Below, in pieces: positions 56,661 through 64,000 of a stretch of 64,000 bases of DNA. This DNA comes from an uncultured Gammaproteobacteria bacterium (GTDB lineage: Bacteria; Patescibacteriota; Patescibacteriia; UBA1558; GWA2-36-10), in contig CAZWIT010000002.1 in NCBI GenBank assembly GCA_964633905.1, forward strand, positions 128,833 through 192,832, read 5' to 3'. Each line of letters starts with the position of its first letter. Position 1 is the stretch's first letter. Below the pieces are notes generated by a model that saw only the letters and a list, made by a program, of their open reading frames with translations, searched no databases and was not told the DNA's origin. A program made the position numbers and the translations under genes.

Positions 56661-57905
56661 ATGCATTTTCATATTAAAAATTCGATTGCTATTTTGCAGA
56701 TGTTTAGACGCAATAAGCTGCGTTCTTTTTTGACTTCTTTAGGTATTATTATTGGTATTTCTTCGGTTATTATCATCATGTCAGTTGGCGCTGGAGCACA
56801 GAGCTTGATAGTAAATCAGGTGAGTAGTATTGGCACTGATTTATTAGGTATTTTGCCAGGTGCTAGCGAAGATGATGGTCCGCCAGCTGCAGTTTTTGGT
56901 ATTAATATCACCACTTTAACTTATGAAGATGGTAAAGCAATCGCAAGTAGGGTGCCACAAATTATTGGTGTAGCTTCTTATGCCAGAGGATCAGCTGATA
57001 TTACTTGGCAAAATAAAACAGTGAGTACTAGTTTTTTAGGTGTTACTGGAAATTATTTATCTATTGAAGCTTCAGCGGGGATTGAGTCTGGGCATTTTTT
57101 TTCTGATGATCAAACAGAGCAAGTGGTGAGAGAGGTAGTTTTGGGTAGTCAAACAGCCGAGGATTTATTTGCTGGCATTAATCCCATTGATCAAAAAGTA
57201 AAGATTAATAAAGAGACTTTTAGGGTAATTGGCGTGATGAAAGAGCGGGGTAGTTCTGGTTTTCAAAATCAAGATAGCCAAGTTTTTATTACCCTAGCTA
57301 CTGCTCAAAAATTAATGTTGGGTATAAACCATGTTAGTTTTATGCGGGCTAAAATGTCTCCTGATGTAGTAGATATTGATTATACTATTTCAGAAGTTGA
57401 AAGAGTGTTGCGCGAAAGGCATAATATTCAAGACCCGGCTGATGATGATTTTTCGGTTCGTTCTTCGCAACAAGGTCTTGATACTTTGAAATCTTTGACT
57501 GACGCTTTAAATTATTTTTTGGCTATGGTAGCTGGCATCTCTCTGTTAGTTGGTGGGATTGGTATTATGAACATCATGTTAGTGTCAGTCACAGAAAGTA
57601 CTAGAGAGATTGGCTTGCGTAAAGCAGTCGGTGCTACCAAAAGAGATATTAGCATTCAATATTTAACACAAACAGTATTACTGAGTGCTTTGGGCGGAGT
57701 AATTGGCATTATCTGGGGGGTTATTATTTCTGGCTTAGTTAGCTTGGTAGCTAAAGGTTTAGGTTATCAGTGGGACTTTGTAGTTTCTTTTAGCTCCATT
57801 TTTTTAGCAGTTTCTTTTACAGTTTTAGTTGGTGTCTTTTTTGGTTGGTATCCAGCCCAAAAGGCAGCTAATTTAAGCCCAATTGAAGCTTTGCGTTACG
57901 AATAA
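56661..57905 (+). CDS. ABC transporter permease, FtsX/MacB-type
   Basis: MacB_PCD-like periplasmic domain and a C-terminal FtsX 4-TM domain (GISLLVGGIGIMNIMLVSVTESTREIGLRKAVGA). Confidence 0.85.
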   Translation: MHFHIKNSIAILQMFRRNKLRSFLTSLGIIIGISSVIIIMSVGAGAQSLIVNQVSSIGTDLLGILPGASEDDGPPAAVFGINITTLTYEDGKAIASRVPQIIGVASYARGSADITWQNKTVSTSFLGVTGNYLSIEASAGIESGHFFSDDQTEQVVREVVLGSQTAEDLFAGINPIDQKVKINKETFRVIGVMKERGSSGFQNQDSQVFITLATAQKLMLGINHVSFMRAKMSPDVVDIDYTISEVERVLRERHNIQDPADDDFSVRSSQQGLDTLKSLTDALNYFLAMVAGISLLVGGIGIMNIMLVSVTESTREIGLRKAVGATKRDISIQYLTQTVLLSALGGVIGIIWGVIISGLVSLVAKGLGYQWDFVVSFSSIFLAVSFTVLVGVFFGWYPAQKAANLSPIEALRYE

Positions 57906-57909
57906 TTTT

Positions 57910-59142
57910 ATGAAATACAGTCACAGTTTTGATATTGCTCTTAAGGCTTTGCGGACCAACAAGGTTCGAACAGCTTTAACTGTTTTAGGTATGGTAATTG
58001 GTATTATGTCAGTGTCAGTTATTATTTCCGCTGGCGATAGTATTCAAAAATTAGTTTATAATCAAGTTTCCAGTTTTGGCTCTAATTTTATTCAGATTGA
58101 ATCACGCGCCCCCAAGGCTAGCGGCGGCTCTTTTGCTCAGGTGCAGGGAGTAGTAGTGACTAGCATGAAGCTTTCCGATAAAGAAGCGGTTGATAAAATT
58201 AAAGGTATTAAAACTAGTTATGCTTCTAGTTTTAGTCAAGAAATTATGGCATCAGAAGGCAACATTAAAAAAGTAACTGTTTTTGCAACTGGTCCTGAGT
58301 TTACTGATATTGACGAAGCAGAAATTTCAGCTGGTAGATTTTATACTAAAGAAGAGGACGATAGTTTAGCACGAGTAATAGTATTAGGTGCTAATGTTAA
58401 GGATAAGTTATTTGGTAATAATTCGGCTATCGGCCATAGTGTAAAGATTCGTAACATTAGTTTTAAAGTTATTGGTGAGATGGAGCCTCGCGGTACGGTC
58501 TTTTTCTTTAATTATGATGATATTGCTTATATTCCAATTCAGACCACACAAAAATTATTATTGGGAGTTGATTATATTTCTAGCATTACCGCCCAGATGG
58601 AAGAGGGGGCAGATGATCAAGATTTAGCCGAACAAATAAGAGTTTTATTACGTGATCGGCACGAAATAGATGATCCTGACAAAGATGATTTTGAAGTAAA
58701 TACTTCCGCAGACGCTCAAAATATTTTGGGTACAATTTTAGGTGGCGTGACTTTACTTTTGATCGCTTTAGCGGGTATTTCTTTAGTAGTTGGCGGTGTC
58801 GGTATTATGAATATTATGTATGCTACTGTTTCTGAGCGGACTTTTGAAATTGGTTTACGTAAAAGTATTGGTGCTAGCAAGCATGATATTATGCAGCAAT
58901 TTTTAGCAGAAGCAGTAACAATTACCTTGCTAGGTGGCCTTGGTGGTATTATTTTGGGTGTATTTTTAACTTATATTATTTATATTTTAGCTAACTATTA
59001 TAATTTAGATTGGTCTTTTACAGTATCTCCTTTGGGCGTGGTTTTGTCTTTGGGTTTTTCAATTGCCATTGGTTTAATCTTTGGTCTTTATCCAGCTAAA
59101 AAAGCAGCGGCTCTAAATCCAATTGAAGCTCTAAGGAAATAG
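57910..59142 (+). CDS. ABC transporter permease, FtsX/MacB-type (second copy)
   Basis: Paralog of the previous gene (GISLVVGGVGIMNIMYATVSERTFEIGLRKSIGA). Start set at ATG 57910 (MKYSHSF) to avoid overlapping the upstream gene. Confidence 0.85.
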   Translation: MKYSHSFDIALKALRTNKVRTALTVLGMVIGIMSVSVIISAGDSIQKLVYNQVSSFGSNFIQIESRAPKASGGSFAQVQGVVVTSMKLSDKEAVDKIKGIKTSYASSFSQEIMASEGNIKKVTVFATGPEFTDIDEAEISAGRFYTKEEDDSLARVIVLGANVKDKLFGNNSAIGHSVKIRNISFKVIGEMEPRGTVFFFNYDDIAYIPIQTTQKLLLGVDYISSITAQMEEGADDQDLAEQIRVLLRDRHEIDDPDKDDFEVNTSADAQNILGTILGGVTLLLIALAGISLVVGGVGIMNIMYATVSERTFEIGLRKSIGASKHDIMQQFLAEAVTITLLGGLGGIILGVFLTYIIYILANYYNLDWSFTVSPLGVVLSLGFSIAIGLIFGLYPAKKAAALNPIEALRK

Positions 59143-59184
59143 TCTTGAATATTTTGGCTAATATTAGATAAAATAATTTATTAT

Positions 59185-59211
59185 TTAGCACTCCTTGACG
59201 AAGAGTGCTAA
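59185..59211. promoter_or_regulatory. Perfect CIRCE operator (TTAGCACTC-N9-GAGTGCTAA) overlapping the -35 of the hrcA promoter
   Basis: Exact consensus. The spacer cttgacgaa contains TTGACG (-35). A 17-nt spacer leads to TATAAT at 59218-59223. Confidence 0.85.
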
Positions 59212-59223
59212 TTGCTTTATAAT
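59195..59223 (+). promoter_or_regulatory. Sigma-70 promoter (TTGACG-17-TATAAT) of the hrcA-grpE-dnaK-dnaJ operon
   Basis: Hexamers and spacing read directly. The MEDRNQK start follows at 59230. Confidence 0.7.
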
Positions 59224-59229
59224 ACTTTT

Positions 59230-59886
59230 ATGGAAGATAGAAATCAAAAATTGTTAAAATCAATTATTGAATTACATATTAATACTGCTAAGCCGATTAG
59301 CTCTAAAGTTCTGGCTGAAGACGAAAATTTTGGCTTGTCTTCGGCTACTATTCGCAATGATATGTTGGACTTGGAAAATGCGGGTTATATCTGGCAACCA
59401 CATACTTCAGCTGGTCGTTTGCCTACAGTTTTTGGCTATCGTTATTATTTAGATAATTTATTATCAGTGCCAGTATTATCTGAAGCAGAAGAAAAAGAGT
59501 TAATTAATTTAGCTCAACAAGATATTAGATTGCTAGCCAAATATTTAGTAGAAAAAATTAATTTAGCTGTTATCGTCGGTTTTAGTCCAACAGATTTATA
59601 TTTTACCGGTTTATTTAATTTATTTTCACAGCCTGAATTTGAAGATTATAAAATGGTTTTATCCATGAGCCAAGTGGTTGATTCTTTAGAAAAAGCTACA
59701 GCTCAAATTTTTTATCAAATTGATAAACCACAGGTTTTATTAGGTAAGGATAATCCTTTTAATCCGCATTGTGCTACTGCTATTGCTCCTTTGTCTGAAG
59801 ATCGTATTTTGGCAATTTTAGGGCCGATGCGCATGGATTATAATCGGGTTTTAAGTTTACTTGCTAGTGTAGTAAAAATTGCTTAA
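59230..59886 (+). CDS. hrcA: Heat-inducible transcriptional repressor HrcA (compact form)
   Basis: N-terminal winged helix (LSSATIRNDMLDLENAGYI) and C-terminal GPMRMDYNRVLSL motif. Start placed at 59230 downstream of the promoter. 218 aa against about 340 in typical HrcA. Confidence 0.8.
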   Translation: MEDRNQKLLKSIIELHINTAKPISSKVLAEDENFGLSSATIRNDMLDLENAGYIWQPHTSAGRLPTVFGYRYYLDNLLSVPVLSEAEEKELINLAQQDIRLLAKYLVEKINLAVIVGFSPTDLYFTGLFNLFSQPEFEDYKMVLSMSQVVDSLEKATAQIFYQIDKPQVLLGKDNPFNPHCATAIAPLSEDRILAILGPMRMDYNRVLSLLASVVKIA

Positions 59887-59888
59887 AT

Positions 59889-60413
59889 ATGTTAGATGTA
59901 CAAAAAAATTTAAAGAAAAATAGTAAAATTTCTGATCAAAATAACGACCAAGATTTTCAAGAGCAAATTAGCTCTTTAGAAGAACAAGTAGCTGCCAATC
60001 TGCATGGTTGGAAAAAAGCCTTGGCTGATTATCAAAATTTGCAGAAAGATTCAGATAAAAAACTATCAAATCTTAGTGATTATTTAATCTCAGCTACTAT
60101 TTTGGAGTTATTGCCAATTTTTGATAATTATCGATTAGCCATTGAACATATTCCAGCTGAGCAAAGAAAGGCCGCATGGGCAGTGGGATTGGAACATATC
60201 TTGAAAATGTGGGAACAGTTTTTAGCAGATCATCAAGTTAAAAAAATTGACACTAGTAAAAAAGTTTTTGACCCTTTGTGGCACGAAGCAGTTGATAAAG
60301 TTCATGATAAACAAATACCAGATCAGCAAATAGTCAAAGAATTATTGCCGGGCTACTTGCTCAAAGAATCGTTAATTCGTCCGGCTCAAGTTGTAGTTAA
60401 TAATTTAGAATAA
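59889..60413 (+). CDS. grpE: Nucleotide exchange factor GrpE
   Basis: Coiled-coil N-terminus and the conserved ELLPIFDNYRLAIEH region. Confidence 0.85.
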   Translation: MLDVQKNLKKNSKISDQNNDQDFQEQISSLEEQVAANLHGWKKALADYQNLQKDSDKKLSNLSDYLISATILELLPIFDNYRLAIEHIPAEQRKAAWAVGLEHILKMWEQFLADHQVKKIDTSKKVFDPLWHEAVDKVHDKQIPDQQIVKELLPGYLLKESLIRPAQVVVNNLE

Positions 60414-60464
60414 AAATAAATTAAGTCGGCCACTTTAAATGGCCATAAAGAAAGGAAAAAAAAT

Positions 60465-60872
60465 ATGTCAATTATACCTTGGACACCATTTTTAGACACT
60501 TTTGACAGTTTAGAAAAAAGTTTAAGCAATTTCATGCCGGCAGTAGATATTTATGAAGACAAAGATAATGTCTACGTGGAGGCAACTTTAGCTGGTATCA
60601 AGCCAGGCGATGTTAATCTTAATGTTCATGATGATGTATTAACAATCGAAGGTAGTCGTGCTAGTACTAGTGAAATTGATGAAAATAATTATTATCGCAA
60701 AGAAGTTCGTACTGGTTCTTTTCATCGCGCTTTAGTCTTGCCGGTATCAGTGCAATCAGATAAAGCGCAGGCTAGTTTTGAAAACGGATTACTTAAAGTG
60801 ACCTTGCCTAAAGAAGAAAGATCCAAATCTAAAAATATTAAAATTAATATTCAATCAAATAAAAATAATTAA
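60465..60872 (+). CDS. Hsp20/alpha-crystallin family small heat shock protein
   Basis: Alpha-crystallin domain (PAVDIYEDKDNVYVEATLAGIKPGDVNLNV...LTIEG...FHRALVLP...ASFENGLLKVTLPK). Confidence 0.85.
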   Translation: MSIIPWTPFLDTFDSLEKSLSNFMPAVDIYEDKDNVYVEATLAGIKPGDVNLNVHDDVLTIEGSRASTSEIDENNYYRKEVRTGSFHRALVLPVSVQSDKAQASFENGLLKVTLPKEERSKSKNIKINIQSNKNN

Positions 60873-61202
60873 ATGGGAGATAATTTAAATTCACCTCTAA
60901 ATTTACGGTTAATTCGTAATTGTCCAATTTGTCAGCATGAATTCAAATTTAATGCTATTCAGGTTTTAAATGAAAATGATTTTGGCGTTTTGACTTATAT
61001 GATTTGTTCTTTTTGTGGCGCGCGTTTATTAACAAAATTAGCTACCATGCCTCAGGGTGTGGTTGGTAATGCGATTTTGACAGACTTGAAGGCAGAAGAA
61101 GTAATGGATTTTGCTGGTGGAGTAGATAGCATCCAAGCGGACGATGTTTTAGCAGTTCATAAACTTATTAATAATCAAGAATTTTTTAAAGCAATTAAAT
61201 AA
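60873..61202 (+). CDS. Small hypothetical zinc-ribbon protein embedded in the heat-shock operon
   Basis: CPICQHEF...CSFCG pair of CxxC motifs. 109 aa, no recognised family. Confidence 0.4.
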   Translation: MGDNLNSPLNLRLIRNCPICQHEFKFNAIQVLNENDFGVLTYMICSFCGARLLTKLATMPQGVVGNAILTDLKAEEVMDFAGGVDSIQADDVLAVHKLINNQEFFKAIK

Positions 61203-61210
61203 TAAATAAT

Positions 61211-63103
61211 ATGGGAAAAATTATCGGTATTGATTTAGGTACTACCAACTCGGCGGTAGCAGTAATGGAAGGTGGTCAACCTAAAATTTTAGAAAACAAA
61301 GAAGGTAATCGTACCACTCCATCAATTGTGGCGATTTCTAAAAATAACGAACGCTTAGTTGGTATTACTGCCAAACGTCAAGCAGTTACTAATGCTGCTA
61401 GTACTGTCTTTTCGGTTAAGCGTTTGATTGGTCGAAGATTTTCTGACTCGGAAGTACAACGTGATCTAAAAATCATGCCTTATCAGATTAAGCAAGCAGG
61501 CGAAGGTGTTAAAGTTACTTTAGGAGATAAAGAATATTCGCCACAGGAAGTTTCAGCTATGATTTTACAAAAATTAAAAGCTGACGCCGAAGAACGTTTA
61601 GGTGGTCCAGTAACTGAAGCAGTAATTACCGTGCCAGCTTATTTTGATGATGCTCAACGTCAAGCTACCAAAGACGCTGGCAAGATCGCTGGTCTTGAGG
61701 TAAAGCGTATTATTAATGAACCAACAGCTGCAGCGCTGGCTTATGGTTTTGATAAAAAGAAAGATCAAAAAATTGCTGTCTATGATTTGGGTGGTGGTAC
61801 TTTTGATATTTCTATTTTAGAAGTTTCACAAGATACAGTAGAAGTAAAGTCTACTAATGGTGACACTCATTTAGGCGGTGATGATTTTGATCAAAAAATT
61901 ATTAATTGGATTATTACTGAATTCAAAAAACAAGAAGGCATTGATTTAAGTAATGATAAATTAGCTTTACAGCGCTTAAAAGAAGCTGCTGAAAAAGCCA
62001 AAATTGAGCTTTCTTCTTCTTTGGAAACTGAAATTAATCAACCATTTATTACCACTGATGCTTCTGGTCCTAAACATTTGGTAATGAAATTTTCTCGAGC
62101 CCAACTCGAAAGTTTAGTGGGCGATTTAGTCAAAGCTACTTTAGAGCCAGTTAAAAAAGCTTTAGCTGATTCTGGTATTGATGTTAAAAATATTGAAGAA
62201 GTTGTCATGGTTGGTGGTATGACTCGTATGCCATTAGTTTTAAAAACAGTTGAAGAATTTTTCGGCAAGAAACCAAATATTTCTGTAAACCCAGATGAAG
62301 TTGTTGCTTTGGGCGCAGCTGTGCAAGCAGGCGTTTTGCAAGGTGACGTCAAAGATGTGTTGCTTTTAGATGTGACGCCTTTAACTCTAGGTTTAGAAAC
62401 TTTAGGTGGCATTCGTACACCTTTGATAAATCGTAATACTACTATTCCTACTTCTAAGACGCAGATATTTTCAACAGCTGCTGATAGTCAAGACAGTGTA
62501 GAAATAAATATTTTACAAGGCGAGCGTGAGATGGCTGCTGATAATAAAACCTTAGGTCGTTTTACCTTATCTGGTATTCCACCAGCACCAAGAGGCGTGC
62601 CTCAAATTGAAGTTACTTTTGATATTGATGCTAATGGTATTTTAAATGTTAAGGCAGTTGATAAAGCAACTGGCAAACAACAAGCTATTACCATTAAATC
62701 ATCCTCTGGTTTATCTGAAGCGGAAATTCAAAAGATGACTAAAGAGGCTGAAGTTCACGCGGCTGAAGATAAACAAAAAAAAGAAGCTGTAGAGTTAGCT
62801 AATAATGCTGATCATATGGTTTTCCAAACAGAAAAGTTTATTAAAGAGAATCAAGATAAAATTAAGGAAGAAGATAAGAAGCAATTAGAATCTAAATTAG
62901 AAACTCTAAAGAAAGCAAAAGATAGCAAAGATGTCGAGGCTATCAAAGGCGCAGTTAGTGATTTAGAGACTACTGTACAAAATGTTGGCGCTAGTCTTTA
63001 TCAAGCCCAGGCCGCTCAGTCAGAGACTAAAACAGCAGAGGCCACTAAAGATCAGCCTGTAGAAGCAGAATATAGTGAAGTAAAATCAGACAAAACTAAC
63101 TAA
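61211..63103 (+). CDS. dnaK: Molecular chaperone DnaK (Hsp70)
   Basis: [26 protein letters not shown], and the C-terminal substrate-binding and lid domains. Confidence 0.98.
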   Translation: MGKIIGIDLGTTNSAVAVMEGGQPKILENKEGNRTTPSIVAISKNNERLVGITAKRQAVTNAASTVFSVKRLIGRRFSDSEVQRDLKIMPYQIKQAGEGVKVTLGDKEYSPQEVSAMILQKLKADAEERLGGPVTEAVITVPAYFDDAQRQATKDAGKIAGLEVKRIINEPTAAALAYGFDKKKDQKIAVYDLGGGTFDISILEVSQDTVEVKSTNGDTHLGGDDFDQKIINWIITEFKKQEGIDLSNDKLALQRLKEAAEKAKIELSSSLETEINQPFITTDASGPKHLVMKFSRAQLESLVGDLVKATLEPVKKALADSGIDVKNIEEVVMVGGMTRMPLVLKTVEEFFGKKPNISVNPDEVVALGAAVQAGVLQGDVKDVLLLDVTPLTLGLETLGGIRTPLINRNTTIPTSKTQIFSTAADSQDSVEINILQGEREMAADNKTLGRFTLSGIPPAPRGVPQIEVTFDIDANGILNVKAVDKATGKQQAITIKSSSGLSEAEIQKMTKEAEVHAAEDKQKKEAVELANNADHMVFQTEKFIKENQDKIKEEDKKQLESKLETLKKAKDSKDVEAIKGAVSDLETTVQNVGASLYQAQAAQSETKTAEATKDQPVEAEYSEVKSDKTN

Positions 63104-64000
63104 TGGGAAAAGATTACTATAAAATTTTAGGAGTAGAGCGCAACGCAACTGAAGCTGATATTAAAAAAGCTTTTCGAAAATTAGCTCACGAACATCACCC
63201 TGATAAAAGCAATGGTAATGCTGAAAAATTTAAAGAAATTAATGAAGCATATCAGGTTTTGAGCCACAAGGAAAAACGCGCTCAATATGACCAATTTGGT
63301 AGCGGTTTTGAACAGGCTGGTGGTGGTGCCTGGGGGCAGGGCAATCCTTTTGCTGGCGGCTTTTCAGGGGCCAATCCTTTTGGTGGTGCTCAAGGCGCAG
63401 ATTTTGATTTTGATTTAGGGGATATTTTTAGTAGTTTTTTTGGTGGTCAAGCATCTAATCGCAGTCGTTCTAGGCGCGGTGGCGATATTCAAATCGATAT
63501 TGAACTTGATTTAAAAGACATTGTTTTTGGTACTAATAAAAAAATTAGTATTCGTAGGCAAAATGTCTGTAATGTTTGTCAGGGTAGTGGCGCCAAGGAC
63601 AGTTCTAGTTTAAAAACTTGTTCCACTTGCCAGGGCAAGGGGCAGGTGATCACTACTATTTTAGGTCAATTTAGAACGCAGACTACTTGTCCAGATTGTG
63701 CTGGCCGTGGACAGGTAGTAAAAGATCACTGTTTAGAATGTTCTGGTAGCGGTATTATTGCTAAGACAACAGAATTATCTATTGAGATTCCTGGTGGCAT
63801 TGAAGATGGTCAGTCGATTCGTTTGTCAGGGCAGGGTAATAGTGGTCCTCATGGCCAAGCGGCTGGTGATTTGTATGCTACTATTCATATTAAGGCTGAT
63901 AAACGTTTTGAGAGGTTAGGTGATGATTTAATTCGTAAGATTGAAATTCCATTTACCCTGGCTGCTTTGGGCGGGGAGATTGAAGTAGAGACTATTGATA
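63104..64000 (+). CDS. dnaJ: Molecular chaperone DnaJ (3' end beyond window)
   Basis: J-domain (DYYKILGVERNATEADIKKAFRKLAHEHHPDK), Gly-rich linker, four CxxCxGxG zinc-finger repeats. The open frame runs to the window edge. Confidence 0.95.

Noticed and set aside
55541-56672. Minus-strand ORFs inside the adaptor and ABC ATPase genes
   Set aside because: Antisense shadow ORFs, AT-rich low-complexity translations.
59267-59452. Alternate-frame ORF inside hrcA
   Set aside because: hrcA is supported by promoter/CIRCE placement and family motifs.
62038-62412. Minus-strand 124-aa ORF inside dnaK
   Set aside because: Antisense to one of the most conserved genes known.
1-64000. CRISPR arrays, tRNA/rRNA genes, transposases/integrases, restriction-modification or toxin-antitoxin genes
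   Set aside because: No regularly spaced direct repeats were seen. No sequence with a tRNA T-arm/acceptor architecture or rRNA-like conservation was found in the intergenic regions inspected. No transposase, integrase, RT or nuclease-like ORFs. The only repeats are the short hairpin family reported above.
1-64000. Alternative genetic code (UGA=Gly, code 25) sometimes used by CPR lineages
   Set aside because: All conserved genes translate full-length with the standard code. Stops are predominantly TAA, and no in-frame TGA needs to be read through.

Overview
This window is a low-GC (~35%), tightly packed bacterial chromosomal segment. It has the hallmarks of a Candidate Phyla Radiation (Patescibacteria-like) genome, read with the standard code 11. 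Gene order, on the + strand unless noted:

- 1-11.4 kb: the conserved ribosomal-protein cluster L4 (5' truncated) through L23, L2, S19, L22, S3, L16, L29, S17, L14, L24, L5, S14(Z), S8, L6, L18, S5, L15, then secY, adk, map and ruvX. It lacks L30. It also lacks the infA/rpmJ/rpsM/rpsK/rpsD/rpoA/rplQ block that usually follows map.
- 11.4-15.7 kb: a MraY/WecA-family phosphosugar transferase, a small membrane-protein operon, an HtrA-like PDZ protein that has lost its catalytic serine, and a minus-strand HTH protein.
- 16.0-22.3 kb: an ECF sigma factor and a DUF5667-like anti-sigma factor, then a 1283-aa Thr/Ser/Gly-rich secreted surface protein followed by a strong intrinsic terminator.
- 24.4-37.5 kb: a glycan-assembly island. 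It holds five GT4-type glycosyltransferases, one GT9, three SAM methyltransferases, one hexapeptide acetyltransferase, a Wzx flippase, a WbaP-like priming transferase, and a Wzy_C (O-antigen-ligase/PglL-like) protein with a C-terminal TPR domain.
- 37.7-54.2 kb: a co-directional chemosensory module (MCP-like, CheW, CheA, CheY) fused to a type IV pilus locus. The locus holds PilB, PilC, four pilin-like proteins carrying large lectin-like domains (FISUMP, LamG) including a 1232-aa giant, a PilM-PilN fusion, and two tandem major-pilin paralogs.
- 54.2-59.1 kb: a MacA/MacB-like exporter operon (HlyD adaptor, ABC ATPase, two FtsX permeases) whose promoter overlaps a perfect CIRCE operator.
- 59.2-64.0 kb: a second perfect CIRCE, then hrcA-grpE-hsp20-(Zn-ribbon ORF)-dnaK-dnaJ, with dnaJ running off the window end.

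Noncoding features include several intrinsic terminators, a small GC-rich hairpin-repeat family (three copies, two arranged as a composite palindrome), a 3-way-junction RNA-like element in the leader of the chemosensory-pilus operon, and two unusually long intergenic regions.

The most interesting candidate system is the chemosensory-controlled adhesive type IV pilus with lectin-domain pilins. It sits directly next to a putative protein O-glycosylation pathway.
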